From assembly GCA_003230085.1 (NCBI GenBank), contig QIGV01000154.1, forward strand, positions 1,702 through 65,701: DNA of 64,000 nucleotides, given 5' to 3'. The stretch's first letter is position 1. The number at the start of each line of letters is the position of its first letter. Shown here one piece after another: positions 41,801 to 52,610 of the stretch. The translations under genes were made by a program, and so were the position numbers. Source of the stretch: Gammaproteobacteria bacterium (GTDB lineage: Bacteria; Pseudomonadota; Gammaproteobacteria; SZUA-140). The notes under the pieces are model-generated. The model saw only the letters and a list, made by a program, of their open reading frames with translations. It was not told where the DNA came from and searched no databases.

Positions 41801-42379
41801 GCGATGGTTCAGAAATGTCTCCAGGGCCTGGCGTGGACCATCAATACCGCCGTGATATTCCAGTAACGTCTTCAGTGCCCGTGCTACTGTGCTGCTGTGG
41901 TGGGTTGTTGTCTCCGAGATCAAAGCATCCCAGGCTTCTCGTGTCAGGAGACCGGCATTCTCGACGACATCGAAGCCCGGTGGCACACCGGCATCGAACG
42001 GAAAGTGGTGCAGGATATCCTGACAAAAGGCGTGATAAGTCGTAATGCGCACAGATTGTTCGTTGCGCATTAAATCCTCAAACAAGTGGCGTATTCTGAG
42101 TGGATTGTCATCATCGATATCCAGGCCAATGAGGGTGAGACTGGCCGTGAGCTGTTCATCATCCATTGTTAGATAGTCATACAGCCGCTCGCGTAAGCGG
42201 CTTTGCATTTCGGCGGCGGCCTTACGGGTAAAAGTGACGGCGAGAATGGCGTCAGGGTTGACGCCATTCATTAGTAGACGGATCAGGCGGGTGATCAGGA
42301 GCCAGGTCTTTCCTGTTCCTGCAGAGGCCATGACAGTGACATTGGCGTGTGGTGCAGTGGCTGTCCGGGTCGTATCCAT
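38897..42379 (-). CDS. addA: AddA-like UvrD-family helicase / PD-(D/E)XK nuclease subunit
   Basis: 1160 aa; Walker A ASAGTGKTWLL; UvrD/Rep helicase motifs; C-terminal nuclease domain. Confidence 0.8.
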   Translation of the reverse strand: MDTTRTATAPHANVTVMASAGTGKTWLLITRLIRLLMNGVNPDAILAVTFTRKAAAEMQSRLRERLYDYLTMDDEQLTASLTLIGLDIDDDNPLRIRHLFEDLMRNEQSVRITTYHAFCQDILHHFPFDAGVPPGFDVVENAGLLTREAWDALISETTTHHSSTVARALKTLLEYHGGIDGPRQALETFLNHRVDWWAYTLGQKDPVSYATKALTRQLDIDPQTEPGLTFLGGNTLPMLDEFIHLLDLHQTNTNQKHIVRLRRACEPSFSLIERLQHIRSVFLTQKNEPVARKETKAQLKSMGESGQQRFLQIHEIICAELALLREQENRLLTLRINQAWYRAGAEFLSHTMRIKTERRQLDFSDLEWHTYLLLHHSDQALWVQYKLDHRIDHFLVDEFQDTNPTQWAILLPLLEELAASDHEQQRSVFLVGDSKQSIYRFRRANPHLFDAANDWMKVHLKVENCTLDTSRRSAPTIIDFVNSIFMNGDFKSRLPNFHCHSTHHENLWGRVEILPLIIKEKRLAVEEHTETQHELRNPLMAPRPDDSDDLHFAEGELIAEHISKIISSKTLLTTHDKVHQVGYSDITILVRSRTHIHHYEKALRNASIPYRGGGRTTLLDCLEIQDMVTLLELLLAPYNNLSLACVLRSPLFACSDDDLIFLAERSQQTSVGTASWFDTLCSHQHEIADNTPLKRAWNLLNDWRNLAGQLPVHDLLDRIYCDANVLQCYQSAFPASLRSRARGNLIRFIEIALEVDSGRYPSLPHFLARIRALHQYDQNALEEAPHLDQQDAVRIMTIHAAKGLESPIVFLADSARPRKRPSAYQLLADWPSESSKPDSFLIGAKTSELDSWSLHLRDQADAEDLIEETNLLYVALTRTRQWLIISGCMPKRGNDHGWYGDIVAALGIEENISLDGFEIESGQMPTQLPHPDDNKDREEEVLDPRLSQQIPTAPVPQEVTPSTLQSEVQEEKWRKPILVDDGIVVNEGFNRGIVIHRMLDLLTRNPGQVTGETREGRARLYQAIANDFSVDPQDPTFQACWQEALTVVDNSEFSMLFNKTFYQQATNEVPLVYEQDGQIVNGVIDRLVIADTLTLIDYKTHLNATPDNLALLAAPYQRQMQYYYQGVRKLWPDKKLRVLLLFTACTASYELTFTETKHNH

Positions 42380-42381
42380 GG

Positions 42382-45336
42382 TTACTGTTTATCGCTGTCA
42401 GTGATTAACCAGGCTTGCTTTCGGCACACACCACTCATCGGGCAGTAGCTGCAGGTCTTTTCATTTCCCCAGGCCGGGAGGGTGGCGCCGTTGTGCATTT
42501 GGTCCACGAGTGTTACCAGGCGTTTGTAGTTGGTGTCACGCAGCTTTCCCAATTGATCGCCTTCCAGAAGGGCGCCACTTTTGACTTTGTTTTTCGCCAG
42601 TTCGAGATACTCGGTTCTAATGGGTGGGTCATCGGACAGCAAGGCGTAAAAGGGTAGTTGTACAGCTTCACCTTCATCCACTTCCTGTTGCGAAGGCGGG
42701 ACGCCGGTTTTATAGTCGATAATCGTTAAGCCATCGTGGCATTTATCAAGGCGGTCGAGACGCCCCTTGAGTTTCAGTTTACTGTCTCCCATTTCTGACT
42801 CGGCACGCAGTTCCACGGCGGCAAGTTGCCAATCCCGGGCATGCTTGATCTGCCAATCGATATACGCCGGGATGATGTCCAGCCAACGCTGCAGCCAGCC
42901 CTGGTGGAGTAGATTGTCTTCCAGGTCATCGTGAAACTCACGCCGCGAGATACGTTCCAGCAGGTGGATCGCCTGGTTGCGTTGCTCCAGCGTGATCTGT
43001 TGCATCCATTGTGGATTATTGCGGCGTTCAGGATCGTGGAAATATTGCAGAATACGGTGCACTCGTTCTCCATAATCAGATTTTTCCAGGGCTTCCCGGA
43101 TTGTTTCCGGTGCCCTCAATCCCAGGCCGCTGGCGGCAAAGAACTGATACGGACAGTCTATCAACTGCTGGTAGCGGGATGCCGAGAAGGTATCAGGAAT
43201 CAAGTGCCCGGGTAGTCTGGGCTGCGGGTAAGTGGTGGGCAGTAATGATGAACTGAACGTTTTTTCTCGTACGACCTCGCTTGCAGGCAGGCGAACCAGA
43301 TGGTCGAGCTTATGATCAGTCAGGTCCTGCCCGTAGCCCAGGTGGTGAAATGTGCTCAACAGCGCCAGCCAGGGTGTAGGCTGAACGTCCCCACCATCCT
43401 GGCTACGATGATAGGTCACCAGGGTTTGGGGAGCACTTTCCAGTATGCGACGAAAATGATAAAACTGAATAGTGCGCAATTCTCGTGACAAGGGAAGCCC
43501 CAATTCTCCTCTAACGGCATCATTGAAAAATGGATTGTGTTGAGTTGGTCCAGGGAGATGTTGCTCGTCGGCGCCGGCGATAATGACGGCATCAAAGCAT
43601 TGCAGCTGGCTCTGAGCCAGCGTGAATAACTGCACCTGTCCACCACAGTGGACAGGTGTAAAGGTCGCGCTTTCCAACGCTCGCCCCAACCAACTGCGGA
43701 ACTCCAGCCAGGTCATCTGAATATGACGTCCTTCTGTGGCCTGGCGCATGGCTTGCAGTTCAGCAACGACACTTTGACCGGCGTCATCCATCTGGAAGGT
43801 CTGCCACAATCCCAGGTTTCGCAATACGGTTAACAATGCTTCCAGGATTTTATCAGGGGAGTGGGATGCCTGATTTTTGATAAAAGGGTGCAGTGCTGAG
43901 CAGCACTGTTCAAGATCATCCAGTAATGCGAGTAGTTCCTGCTGTTGCCCATCGGACCAGCCCAGACGTGTGTGGCGAAAACCGATATGTCGGCGATAGC
44001 GGTTCAGGTTGCGGGGGATATTTTCGTGCAGAATGATATCGTTTTCCAGGCGATAGACCTGTATCAACAAGGCGTCCCGTGACTTGTCGGGGTAGATGAA
44101 AGGTGACTTAAGGAGGTCCAGTAGTGGTTCGTGGGCATAGTCCTCTTCAATGGTCTGAAGCAACCTCTCCAGGGCGGCCGCCGCGCTGGTGGTAGACAGG
44201 GCCCAGCCAGCATGATCTTCAAGAAGAATGCCAGCCCTTTCCAGTAGCGCTCTGAGTCGCCGCGCCAGGCGACGGTTTTCGCTGATAATAGCGATCCGTT
44301 GCTTTCCTGCCAGTAGCCAGCGACGGATCTGAATGTCTACTGCCCGGGCTTCTTCCTCAGCGTCCCGGGCAGCTAATATAGACAGGCGTCCGGCTGCGGG
44401 GCTGGCAGGGCAGGCTGCTGCAAATTGCTGCGCACGCTGCGCCAACGTTAGTCGATTTGATGTCCCTGTGTCAGCTTCCGAAGAAGCGGATGGCTGGCGC
44501 ACATAAACCTGGCTAAGGAAAGCTGTAAAACTACTATCAGGCGTGTTTGATGAACGGGGTGTCGATTCCCCGGCCTGGACCAGCAAGCGCCGACAGACGG
44601 CGTCGGGATGGTAGTCATCCATAGCAGAAAGCGCCTGGTATTCCCCTTGAATAAATAGCGTGGCCTGATGTTTGTCGATCATCGTCCGCACCCACAGCGC
44701 CTCACCCCGGACCAGGCTATCGAAACCCGCCAGATAGAAATGCATATTCGACGGAATGTGTTGCATGTTGGTCATGAGTTTTTCCAGATAGGACTGACGG
44801 CTGTCCTGTATCTGTTCATCACGGTGCTGCTGACACCATGCCTGCCAGAGGCTGTGTACGAAGACCGCCTCGCGGGACTGTGCCGCGATGGACTGGTGGT
44901 TGACTCCATAGGCCTCGGCCAACTGTTTGCTAAAGTGATCGCTATCCTCTGTTATGGCGATTTCATGCAGGGTGAGTTCATCAAACAGTGTGATAAGACT
45001 TTCTGCAAGTACCCAGGGATTACCGTCTCTACCAATATCGGGATGCCCCTGCAATGCCTCAAGCAACATCAACTCACGCGCGTAGTCACTGATTATTGGT
45101 GCAGAGGAGGGGATAAAATCATCGAGCCAGGCACGCAAGGTGGTGATGCGCGGACCCAGCAGGGCTTCATAGCCGTGTGCGCGGCTGATATCGAGCAGTA
45201 TTTTTCGCAGGTGTGGTGCGGCGGAAGGTTCCGTTAGCAGAATGATGCAGTGGGAAAGGTCAGGCAGCTGCCCGGCCTGGGTCTCAATCAGGTGTTGTGC
45301 AAGTTGCGCGACCGGGTCCCCATCGTAGGGGACCAT
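42382..45336 (-). CDS. addB: AddB-like nuclease subunit with Fe-S cluster
   Basis: 984 aa; C-terminal CSYCPMSGVC (CxxCx5C); stop lies 2 nt before the addA start. Confidence 0.75.
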   Translation of the reverse strand: MVPYDGDPVAQLAQHLIETQAGQLPDLSHCIILLTEPSAAPHLRKILLDISRAHGYEALLGPRITTLRAWLDDFIPSSAPIISDYARELMLLEALQGHPDIGRDGNPWVLAESLITLFDELTLHEIAITEDSDHFSKQLAEAYGVNHQSIAAQSREAVFVHSLWQAWCQQHRDEQIQDSRQSYLEKLMTNMQHIPSNMHFYLAGFDSLVRGEALWVRTMIDKHQATLFIQGEYQALSAMDDYHPDAVCRRLLVQAGESTPRSSNTPDSSFTAFLSQVYVRQPSASSEADTGTSNRLTLAQRAQQFAAACPASPAAGRLSILAARDAEEEARAVDIQIRRWLLAGKQRIAIISENRRLARRLRALLERAGILLEDHAGWALSTTSAAAALERLLQTIEEDYAHEPLLDLLKSPFIYPDKSRDALLIQVYRLENDIILHENIPRNLNRYRRHIGFRHTRLGWSDGQQQELLALLDDLEQCCSALHPFIKNQASHSPDKILEALLTVLRNLGLWQTFQMDDAGQSVVAELQAMRQATEGRHIQMTWLEFRSWLGRALESATFTPVHCGGQVQLFTLAQSQLQCFDAVIIAGADEQHLPGPTQHNPFFNDAVRGELGLPLSRELRTIQFYHFRRILESAPQTLVTYHRSQDGGDVQPTPWLALLSTFHHLGYGQDLTDHKLDHLVRLPASEVVREKTFSSSLLPTTYPQPRLPGHLIPDTFSASRYQQLIDCPYQFFAASGLGLRAPETIREALEKSDYGERVHRILQYFHDPERRNNPQWMQQITLEQRNQAIHLLERISRREFHDDLEDNLLHQGWLQRWLDIIPAYIDWQIKHARDWQLAAVELRAESEMGDSKLKLKGRLDRLDKCHDGLTIIDYKTGVPPSQQEVDEGEAVQLPFYALLSDDPPIRTEYLELAKNKVKSGALLEGDQLGKLRDTNYKRLVTLVDQMHNGATLPAWGNEKTCSYCPMSGVCRKQAWLITDSDKQ

Positions 45337-45375
45337 GATAACGGGTGGATGATTGTGAGAGCTGACGCTAATCGT

Positions 45376-45699
45376 TCACCGTTCAAGATATTGGAGTTTG
45401 TCTTTGACTTCCGCCCATTCGTCAGCGTCAGGCGGCGGATCTATTTGCTCGGTAATAACAGGCCAGATTTTAGCAAGATCAGCATTGAGCTGAGTGTACT
45501 CTTTCTGGTGATCAGGCACATCATCCTCGGCATGTATAGCTTCTATCGGGCATTCCGGTTCGCACAGGGTACAGTCGATACATTCATCGGGATCGATGAC
45601 AAGAAAATTAGGCCCTTCATGAAAGCAATCCACCGGGCAGACTTCGACGCAATCAGTATATTTACATTTAATACATTCTTCGGTGACGACAAATGTCAT
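45376..45699 (-). CDS. fdxA: 7Fe ferredoxin
   Basis: 107 aa with [17 protein letters not shown] and [12 protein letters not shown] motifs; conserved position next to mutS. Confidence 0.92.
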   Translation of the reverse strand: MTFVVTEECIKCKYTDCVEVCPVDCFHEGPNFLVIDPDECIDCTLCEPECPIEAIHAEDDVPDHQKEYTQLNADLAKIWPVITEQIDPPPDADEWAEVKDKLQYLER

Positions 45700-45843
45700 G
45701 GAATTCTCCTGTGTCCTATCTGTTCAGAATGGCTATATGTTAATCGCTATTGCTTCACGACGCCAACATTTACAGGCCTAAATCTCAGAGGGTTTTAATT
45801 CCCCGCAGCTTGCCTAAAGAGCCTGCTTTTGGTGCTGTGAATG

Positions 45844-45928
45844 TCGTCATTCCGGGCGGAGCTTTGCGGAGACCCGGAATCCAGTGGCCTGAACGAACAT
45901 GGATACCGGGTCAGGCCCGGCATGACGG
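45844..45928. repeat. palindromic repeat family 3, copy 2
   Basis: TCGTCATTCCGGGCGGAGCTTTGCGGAGACCCGGAATCCAGTGG ... CCCGGCATGACGG; homologous to 17833..17928. Confidence 0.75.
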
Positions 45929-46056
45929 TGGGGAAGGGCACGTCAATCCGGATGGAGTTCTGCGGTTTGCAAAGATTATTCATTTCCGGCAAGTGTTTTC
46001 AGGTGATACAGGGCGTCGAGCGCCTGACGGGGGGTCAGCGTATCGGGGTCCAGCGA

Positions 46057-48549
46057 TTACAGTGCTGTGATCAGGGGGTGAGTCGTCGCGGTGTCGAACA
46101 GGGAAATCTGTTCATCCGGGGTATTTCCCATCTGTTTGCTGGAAGTCTCCTCGAGCTGGCGCAGGCGTTTTTTCGCCTCATCAATGACATGGCCCGGGAT
46201 GCCAGCCAGTGCGGCGACTTGCAGGCCATAACTCTGGTTGGCTGGCCCCGGTTTGACGGCGTGGAGAAAGACGATGCGGTCACCATGCTCGACGGCGTCC
46301 AGATGTATATTGGCAATACTTTCGATCATTTCCGGCAGAGCGGTCAACTCGAAATAATGGGTGGCGAACAGGGTGTAGGCACGAATTTCATGGGCCAGAT
46401 AGGCCGCACAGGCCCAGGCCAGTGACAGGCCGTCAAAAGTACTCGTGCCGCGACCAATCTCGTCCATCAGGATTAGGCTGTTTTCAGTGGCATTGTGCAG
46501 GATGTTGGCGGTTTCGGTCATCTCCACCATGAAAGTTGAGCGTCCGCTAGCCAATTCATCCGATGCGCCGATGCGGGTAAATATCCTGTCCAGAGGCCCG
46601 ATGACTGCTCGCCGTGCGGGGACGTAGCTGCCCATACAGGCCAATATCGTGATGAGTGCTGTCTGGCGCATGTAGGTGGATTTGCCACCCATGTTAGGAC
46701 CCGTGATGATGAGCATGCGCTGCGTCTCATCCAGCAAGCAGTCATTGGGGGTAAATGGCTCTTCCTGGACTTGCTCAACCACCAGGTGACGGCCACCCTC
46801 AATAACAACACCGCCGTTATCAGTGAGCTCGGGCGGGTTCATGTCCAGGGTCTCTGCTCGTTCGGCGAGGTTTGCCAGGACATCCAGCTGTGCCAGGGTT
46901 GTCGCGGTTTGTTGCAGCGCTGCCAGATGCGGCAATAGCTTATCAAGGAGTTCATCGTAGAGTGCTTTTTCCCTGGCCAGCGCCCGTTCCCTTGCACTGA
47001 GCGCTTTTTCTTCAAAGGTTTTCAGCTCTGGGGTGATGTAACGCTCGGCACCTTTCAGGGTTTGGCGGCGCATATAGTCTGGCGGTACTTTATCAGTCTG
47101 AAGGCGGCTGATCTCAATATAGTAGCCATGGACTCGGTTATAGCTGACCTTGAGTCCGGTAATGCCGGTGCGTTCCCGCTCACGTTGTTCAAGATCCAGT
47201 AGATATTGTCCTGCATTTTCACTCAGGGCACGGAATTCATCCAGTTCCGCATCATAACTTTTTGCGATCACGCCGCCATCACGGATCAATACGGGCGGTG
47301 ATTCGATGATGGCGCTTTTCAATAATTGATGCAGCGCAGGATAGTGGCCCAGGGATTCGCGGTGTCTTTGCAATAGCGGAGAATCCAGATGCGCTAACAT
47401 GTCTTGTAGTGAAGGGAGGTGACCCAGGGCATCCCGCAATGTTGTCAGGTCGCGGGGGCGTGCAGACTTGAGTGCTACCCGTGCCAGGAGTCGCTCGATA
47501 TCGCCGATGCCGCGCATCGTGTCATGGACGATTAGATAGTCGCGGGTCTCAATCAGTGTTGCGATGCTGTGGAGGCGTTCTCGTAAACACTGCCGGTCAC
47601 GCAACGGACGGTTGATCCAGCGCCGCAGCAGGCGGCTGCCCATCGGGTTAGCGGTACGGTCCATGATCCAGGCCAGGGTATATTCACGTCCTCCAGACAG
47701 ATTGTTTTCAAGCTCCAGGTTACGGCGACTGGTGGCGTCAATGATCAAGGCGTCATCACGGTGCTCAATCTGGATAGCCTGGATATGGGGTAGGCGCGCA
47801 CGCTGCGTATCATGGGCGTATTGCAATAGACATCCCGCAGCCATGACGGCAATCGGAAAATCATCACAACCAAATCCCCGTAGGTCCTGGGTGCCGAATT
47901 GATCGGTGAGCAGGCGGGTGGCGCTGTCCGGATCGAAATGCCATGGAGGCAAAGGCCGTACTCCCCGATGGTGTTCCATCTGTGAGCGTGCGGGACTGTC
48001 TTCGTCCAGCAGCAGCTCTGCCGGTTTGATGCGTTCAAGTTCATCACCCAGCGCCTGGATGTCTCCAACTTCCTGAAGCAGGAAGCGCCCGCTGGTGAGG
48101 TCCAGGGTTGCCAGGCCAAAGGTGTCTTGATGTTGGTGTATGGCGCATAGCAGATTATCGCTGCGTTCATCCAGCAAGGCCTCATCGGTGACTGTGCCCG
48201 GCGTGACGATACGCGCCACCTTGCGTTCGACAGGGCCTTTGCTTTTTGCCGGATCACCGACCTGCTCGACAATGGCAACGGATTCTCCCTTGGCCACCAA
48301 CCTGGCTAGATAAGTATCGGCCGCATGATAGGGTATACCCGCCATAGGAATAGGTTCACCGGCGGACTGGCCGCGTGCTGTGAGTGTGATGTCCAGCAAT
48401 GTTGATGCTTTACGTGCATCTTCAAAGAATAATTCGTAGAAATCTCCCATGCGATAGAACACCAGCATGTCGGGAACTTCCCGTTTGATGCGCAGATACT
48501 GCTGCATCATTGGGGTATGAGAGGCCTTGGCTGCTAATTTCACAGTCAA
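46057..48549 (-). CDS. mutS: DNA mismatch repair protein MutS
   Basis: 830 aa; [13 protein letters not shown]-terminus; Walker [10 protein letters not shown]. Confidence 0.97.
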   Translation of the reverse strand: MTVKLAAKASHTPMMQQYLRIKREVPDMLVFYRMGDFYELFFEDARKASTLLDITLTARGQSAGEPIPMAGIPYHAADTYLARLVAKGESVAIVEQVGDPAKSKGPVERKVARIVTPGTVTDEALLDERSDNLLCAIHQHQDTFGLATLDLTSGRFLLQEVGDIQALGDELERIKPAELLLDEDSPARSQMEHHRGVRPLPPWHFDPDSATRLLTDQFGTQDLRGFGCDDFPIAVMAAGCLLQYAHDTQRARLPHIQAIQIEHRDDALIIDATSRRNLELENNLSGGREYTLAWIMDRTANPMGSRLLRRWINRPLRDRQCLRERLHSIATLIETRDYLIVHDTMRGIGDIERLLARVALKSARPRDLTTLRDALGHLPSLQDMLAHLDSPLLQRHRESLGHYPALHQLLKSAIIESPPVLIRDGGVIAKSYDAELDEFRALSENAGQYLLDLEQRERERTGITGLKVSYNRVHGYYIEISRLQTDKVPPDYMRRQTLKGAERYITPELKTFEEKALSARERALAREKALYDELLDKLLPHLAALQQTATTLAQLDVLANLAERAETLDMNPPELTDNGGVVIEGGRHLVVEQVQEEPFTPNDCLLDETQRMLIITGPNMGGKSTYMRQTALITILACMGSYVPARRAVIGPLDRIFTRIGASDELASGRSTFMVEMTETANILHNATENSLILMDEIGRGTSTFDGLSLAWACAAYLAHEIRAYTLFATHYFELTALPEMIESIANIHLDAVEHGDRIVFLHAVKPGPANQSYGLQVAALAGIPGHVIDEAKKRLRQLEETSSKQMGNTPDEQISLFDTATTHPLITAL

Positions 48550-48568
48550 TCTGGAGGGGATAATTGCT

Positions 48569-49384
48569 TTATTCTATGGGCGTATCCGGATCATTTCCCC
48601 ACTCAGACCAGGAGCCCGGATAGCCTTTGATGTGGGGAAAACCCAGAGATTTTAGCGCGATATAGGTATGGGAGGAACGTTGGTGTGTTTGACAATGGAC
48701 GATAATTTCCTTGTCAGGCGTCACCCCAGCGGCTTCATAGAGGGCGCTGAGCACCTCGGCCGGTTTGAGCTTCATGTTGTTCTGACGGTCGATCGCCTGT
48801 GTCCATTCTACATTGACGGCATTGGGGATGTGCCCAGCCCGGTAGGCGCGTTTGTCCGTCCCGGCATACTCCGCCGGGGTGCGGGTATCAAGAATAACAA
48901 CGCCGGAATCATTCAGATGGCTCAGGATATAGCTTTTATCAACGCAGTGTTCATCATGGTAGTGGACAGGGTATTCCGAAGCCTGGACCGTGACAGCCTC
49001 GTCATTGACGGGATAACCTTCTTTTGTCCACGCACTGAGGCCACCGTTCAGTAGAGAAAAGTTTTGATGACCGGCGACATCCAGCGTCCACAAAAATCGG
49101 CAGGCCTTGTTGTTGGTTTCGCTATCATAGGCAATCACATGTGTTTGTGGTGTGATCCCCAGGGTGGACAAGACCTTGCTTAAATCATCTTCATTTGGCA
49201 GTAGCCCCATCACCGGAGGGTGGCTATGCAGGAGCTTTGGATACTCTAACCATACCGCACCGGGGATATGATGCTGGGCGTATAATGGCGCGTCGGAGAG
49301 ATCAACAATGAGTAGGCCGGGAGTGTCTAGCTGGGTTGCCAGTTCACCCGGTTCAATAAGAAAGGGTAGTTTTGCGTCGGGCAC
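48569..49384 (-). CDS. tandem-rhodanese sulfurtransferase (SseA/TST family)
   Basis: 271 aa with two rhodanese domains. The catalytic loop CQTHQRS is unusual; canonical loops are CG(S/T)GVT or CRKGVT. Confidence 0.75.
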   Translation of the reverse strand: MPDAKLPFLIEPGELATQLDTPGLLIVDLSDAPLYAQHHIPGAVWLEYPKLLHSHPPVMGLLPNEDDLSKVLSTLGITPQTHVIAYDSETNNKACRFLWTLDVAGHQNFSLLNGGLSAWTKEGYPVNDEAVTVQASEYPVHYHDEHCVDKSYILSHLNDSGVVILDTRTPAEYAGTDKRAYRAGHIPNAVNVEWTQAIDRQNNMKLKPAEVLSALYEAAGVTPDKEIIVHCQTHQRSSHTYIALKSLGFPHIKGYPGSWSEWGNDPDTPIE

Positions 49385-49475
49385 GGTAATTCAAATCCAT
49401 CGTTATTTGTAAACTGTGAACAGACAAGAATTACCTGAATGGTAAAAAAAAGCAATAGTTCTTTTTTCGAGTGAA

Positions 49476-49727
49476 TTATCCGCGAACCGGAAAGGGAATT
49501 ATCGTTGCTTGCTTAATGGATGATGGCCGTTGTGCAGGCGCAGCTATGTCACTGCCTGGCACCCCGCAGGGGGTAGTGATGGACAGGATCTTAACGCAGC
49601 CTGGATCACAGGAGTGGCTCATCATCAGGGAAAATTCGACCATATTCTCCAGTGACTCCTGCATCATGAATTCCTGAGTCCTGCAATGGTTTTTCGAAAT
49701 TATGTGGTTTTTGAGTGATTCTGACAT
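49476..49727 (-). CDS. hypothetical small Cys-containing protein (weak call)
   Basis: 83-aa ORF in a 420-bp gap upstream of the sulfurtransferase; CDPGC...TPCGVPG; weak RBS. Confidence 0.2.
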   Translation of the reverse strand: MSESLKNHIISKNHCRTQEFMMQESLENMVEFSLMMSHSCDPGCVKILSITTPCGVPGSDIAAPAQRPSSIKQATIIPFPVRG

Positions 49728-49807
49728 CGTGTGCGCCTTTGCCAGCGTATCGGCAGCAAGGCGCAAAGCCTGAAATCTCAGGTGTCAGATCTAAGAAGGC
49801 CGCTCCT

Positions 49808-50635
49808 CTATTGGAACAGTTCCTTTGATAGGAAGGGTTGTATCGCCTGGTGTATCGCCTGGTGCATCCGGTGATTGCCGCAGATGATATTGCCACTCTT
49901 CATGTATTCAGTATTATTGTTGAAATCGGTGACCAGGCCGCCGGCTTCCTCGATCAGGAGTACGCCGGCTGACAGATCCCAGGGTTTCAGGCCGATCTCC
50001 CAGAATCCGTCCAACCGACCGCTGGCGACATAGGCAAGATCCAGTGCAGCTGAACCTGCACGTCGGATGCCGGCTGTTTGTAGCATGAGGCTTTTGAACA
50101 TCTGTAAATAGCAATCGACATACTGGTGTTGTTTGAATGGAAACCCTGTTCCCAGTAATGCGCCCTCAAGATGTTTAGCCTTGCTGACACGGATGCGCTT
50201 GTCATTCAGAAAGGCGCCACATCCCCGCGAGGCGGTGTACATTTCATTGCTGACTGGATCAAAGATCACGGCCTGGTCCAGTACACCTTTGTGTGTCAGG
50301 GCAATGGAAACAGCGAATTGCGGGAAGCCGTGGAGAAAATTGGTGGTGCCATCCAGCGGATCGATGATCCACAAATAGTCGTTATCCTTTTGGGTGTCAT
50401 TGTTTAGGATCCCGTCCTTGAGGAAGCCGCCTTCCTCAGCAAGAATGCCATGTTGCGGGTATGCCTTGTGAATAATGTGAATGATTTCCGCCTCTGCCTG
50501 GCGGTCAACCTCACTGACATAGTCGTTCTTCCCTTTGCTGGTGATGGTGAGGCTCTCGACACGGTCCATATATTTGATGATGACATTGCCCGCGGCGCGG
50601 GATGCCTTGACTGCGATGTTAAGAAGTGGGTGCAT
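49808..50635 (-). CDS. suhB: inositol monophosphatase family protein
   Basis: 275 aa; DPLDGT and WDxAAG motifs. Confidence 0.92.
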   Translation of the reverse strand: MHPLLNIAVKASRAAGNVIIKYMDRVESLTITSKGKNDYVSEVDRQAEAEIIHIIHKAYPQHGILAEEGGFLKDGILNNDTQKDNDYLWIIDPLDGTTNFLHGFPQFAVSIALTHKGVLDQAVIFDPVSNEMYTASRGCGAFLNDKRIRVSKAKHLEGALLGTGFPFKQHQYVDCYLQMFKSLMLQTAGIRRAGSAALDLAYVASGRLDGFWEIGLKPWDLSAGVLLIEEAGGLVTDFNNNTEYMKSGNIICGNHRMHQAIHQAIQPFLSKELFQ

Positions 50636-50725
50636 GTGAAAAAATTAGCCAAAAGATACAAGGTACAAGTTTAAAGTTGTCAGTTGCAAGTATAAATTCG
50701 GATATTCTGAAAAGAACAGTTAATA

Positions 50726-51469
50726 TTGGCTGTGACAATGCTCTCAAAAATTAGAATCGTATTGGTTAATACCACACATCCGGGCAACATCGGCGCAGTT
50801 GCACGCGCCATGAAAAACATGGGCTTGTCGCAGTTGTACTTAGTCAATCCACAGAAATTCCCCAGTGCTGATGCCACCGCTAGAGCTTCAGGCGCGGATG
50901 ACTTGCTGGGGAATAGTGTGGTGACGGTGACTCTTGATGAGGCCCTGGCAGATTGTCACTGGGTAATCGGCGCTAGTAATCGTGACAGGACTATCGGCCT
51001 GCCCTGTCTGGATGTCCGGGACTGTGTCCGGCGAGTCAGGGAAGAGGGCAGTACTGGTGATATCGCCGTTTTATTTGGCGCAGAACATTCCGGATTGAGT
51101 AACCGCGAGCTTGATCGCTGCCATTACCAACTGATGATTCCAGCCTGTAGCGATTTTCAGTCATTGAATCTTGCCGCTGCCGTCCAGGTGGTTGCCTATG
51201 AACTACGAATGGCGGCGCTTGCGTCTGATGTGCCCCTGATGCCTGATGCCAGAGCAGTTGTTTCTGCTGCAGAAATGGAGCGTTTCTATCGACATCTGGA
51301 GGAGGTATTAGTGGAGATTGAGTTCCTGAACCCCGAAAATCCCCGCCAGTTGATGCGCCGCTTGCGGCGTTTATATAACCGTCTTCACCCGGACGATAAT
51401 GAAATAAATATATTGCGAGGTATTTTGACGGCAATACAGCGGCAAATGGCTATGCGGGAAAAGTTATGA
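50726..51469 (+). CDS. trmJ: tRNA (cytidine/uridine-2'-O)-methyltransferase, SpoU family
   Basis: 247 aa; SpoU motifs; divergent from suhB as in E. coli. Confidence 0.88.
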   Translation: MAVTMLSKIRIVLVNTTHPGNIGAVARAMKNMGLSQLYLVNPQKFPSADATARASGADDLLGNSVVTVTLDEALADCHWVIGASNRDRTIGLPCLDVRDCVRRVREEGSTGDIAVLFGAEHSGLSNRELDRCHYQLMIPACSDFQSLNLAAAVQVVAYELRMAALASDVPLMPDARAVVSAAEMERFYRHLEEVLVEIEFLNPENPRQLMRRLRRLYNRLHPDDNEINILRGILTAIQRQMAMREKL

Positions 51470-51591
51470 AATAAGGGGGCATTTGTAACTATTTTCATGA
51501 CCCGCCGTTGAATTTCCAATGCAAGGGCACAAAGTTTAATATAGTAATCAGGCTCTATTGGCACTTACTGTAAGAATATTCACCAACAAAT

Positions 51592-51633
51592 CCCCTCACC
51601 CCAACCCTCTCCCCGTGGGAGAGGGGGTTTTTA
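51592..51633 (+). terminator. REP-like family 1 copy acting as a probable intrinsic terminator after trmJ
   Basis: CCCCTCACCCCAACCCTCTCCCC-GTG-GGAGAGGGGG followed by TTTTTA. Confidence 0.6.
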
Positions 51634-51721
51634 CGGAACCCTCACGGGGCACCGAGGTCTTGCAAGGAAAGGGTTAGAGTAAGTAAGTGCCATTAATTTC
51701 AGGTTCCACTTTTATGCAGGA

Positions 51722-52540
51722 TTGTCTATGTTTAAACGAATTAGAGAGGATATCAATTGCGTCTTTGAGCGTGATCCGGCCGCACGCAACACCTTCGAGG
51801 TCTTGACGACCTATCCGGGTACCCATGCCCTGTTGTTGTATCGCCTCTATCATAAGCTGTGGGGCTATCGCCTGAAATGGCTGGCGCGTGTGATTTCGTC
51901 CCTATCCAGACTGCTGACGGGGATTGAGATACACCCGGCCGCAAAAATCGGACGGCGTTTTTTTATTGACCACGGTATGGGGGTGGTGATCGGCGAAACT
52001 GCCGAGATTGGTGATGATTGCACCTTGTACCATGGTGTCACTCTGGGTGGGACCAGCTGGAATAAAGGCAAACGTCATCCTACCCTGGAAAAAAATGTGA
52101 TTATCGGTGCAGGGGCCAAGGTACTGGGACCGATTACCATCTGCGAAGGTGGGCGCATCGGATCAAACGCTGTGGTCATCAAGGATGTGCCGCCAGGCGG
52201 GACAGTCGTCGGTGTGCCAGGTCATGTGGTACAGGCGACCCGATCAGAGCTGGATAACCGCCGCGTGGCATTCGCTAAAAAGATCGGGTTCGATGCCTAC
52301 GGGTCGTCCAGCGACATGCCGGATCCGGTGGCCCATGCGGTGAATTGCCTGCTCGACCATATCCATGCAATGGATGATAAAATAGAACAAATGAGCAGTA
52401 AAATCAAATCATTAGGAGTTGATATTGATGTGACGCCACTCCCGGATCTGGACATTTATGAAGTTGATTCTGTTGATAACACTACAAAAATAGAGGAAAA
52501 TGGTAAGGTAATCGGGCCAACGCACGATAATAATAGTTGA
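51722..52540 (+). CDS. cysE: serine O-acetyltransferase
   Basis: 272 aa; N-terminal SATase domain and hexapeptide repeats. Confidence 0.92.
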   Translation: MSMFKRIREDINCVFERDPAARNTFEVLTTYPGTHALLLYRLYHKLWGYRLKWLARVISSLSRLLTGIEIHPAAKIGRRFFIDHGMGVVIGETAEIGDDCTLYHGVTLGGTSWNKGKRHPTLEKNVIIGAGAKVLGPITICEGGRIGSNAVVIKDVPPGGTVVGVPGHVVQATRSELDNRRVAFAKKIGFDAYGSSSDMPDPVAHAVNCLLDHIHAMDDKIEQMSSKIKSLGVDIDVTPLPDLDIYEVDSVDNTTKIEENGKVIGPTHDNNS

Positions 52541-52610
52541 CTAAAATGATCGGGAATGTAGAATGTAACTATATTCATTCAGTATTATTAAATTAAAAGG
52601 CATTAACACC

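Noticed and set aside
45700-46056. Small ORFs (65 to 106 aa) between fdxA and mutS
   Set aside because: They overlap the family 3 palindromic element and each other in different frames. They have no RBS and no recognisable domains.
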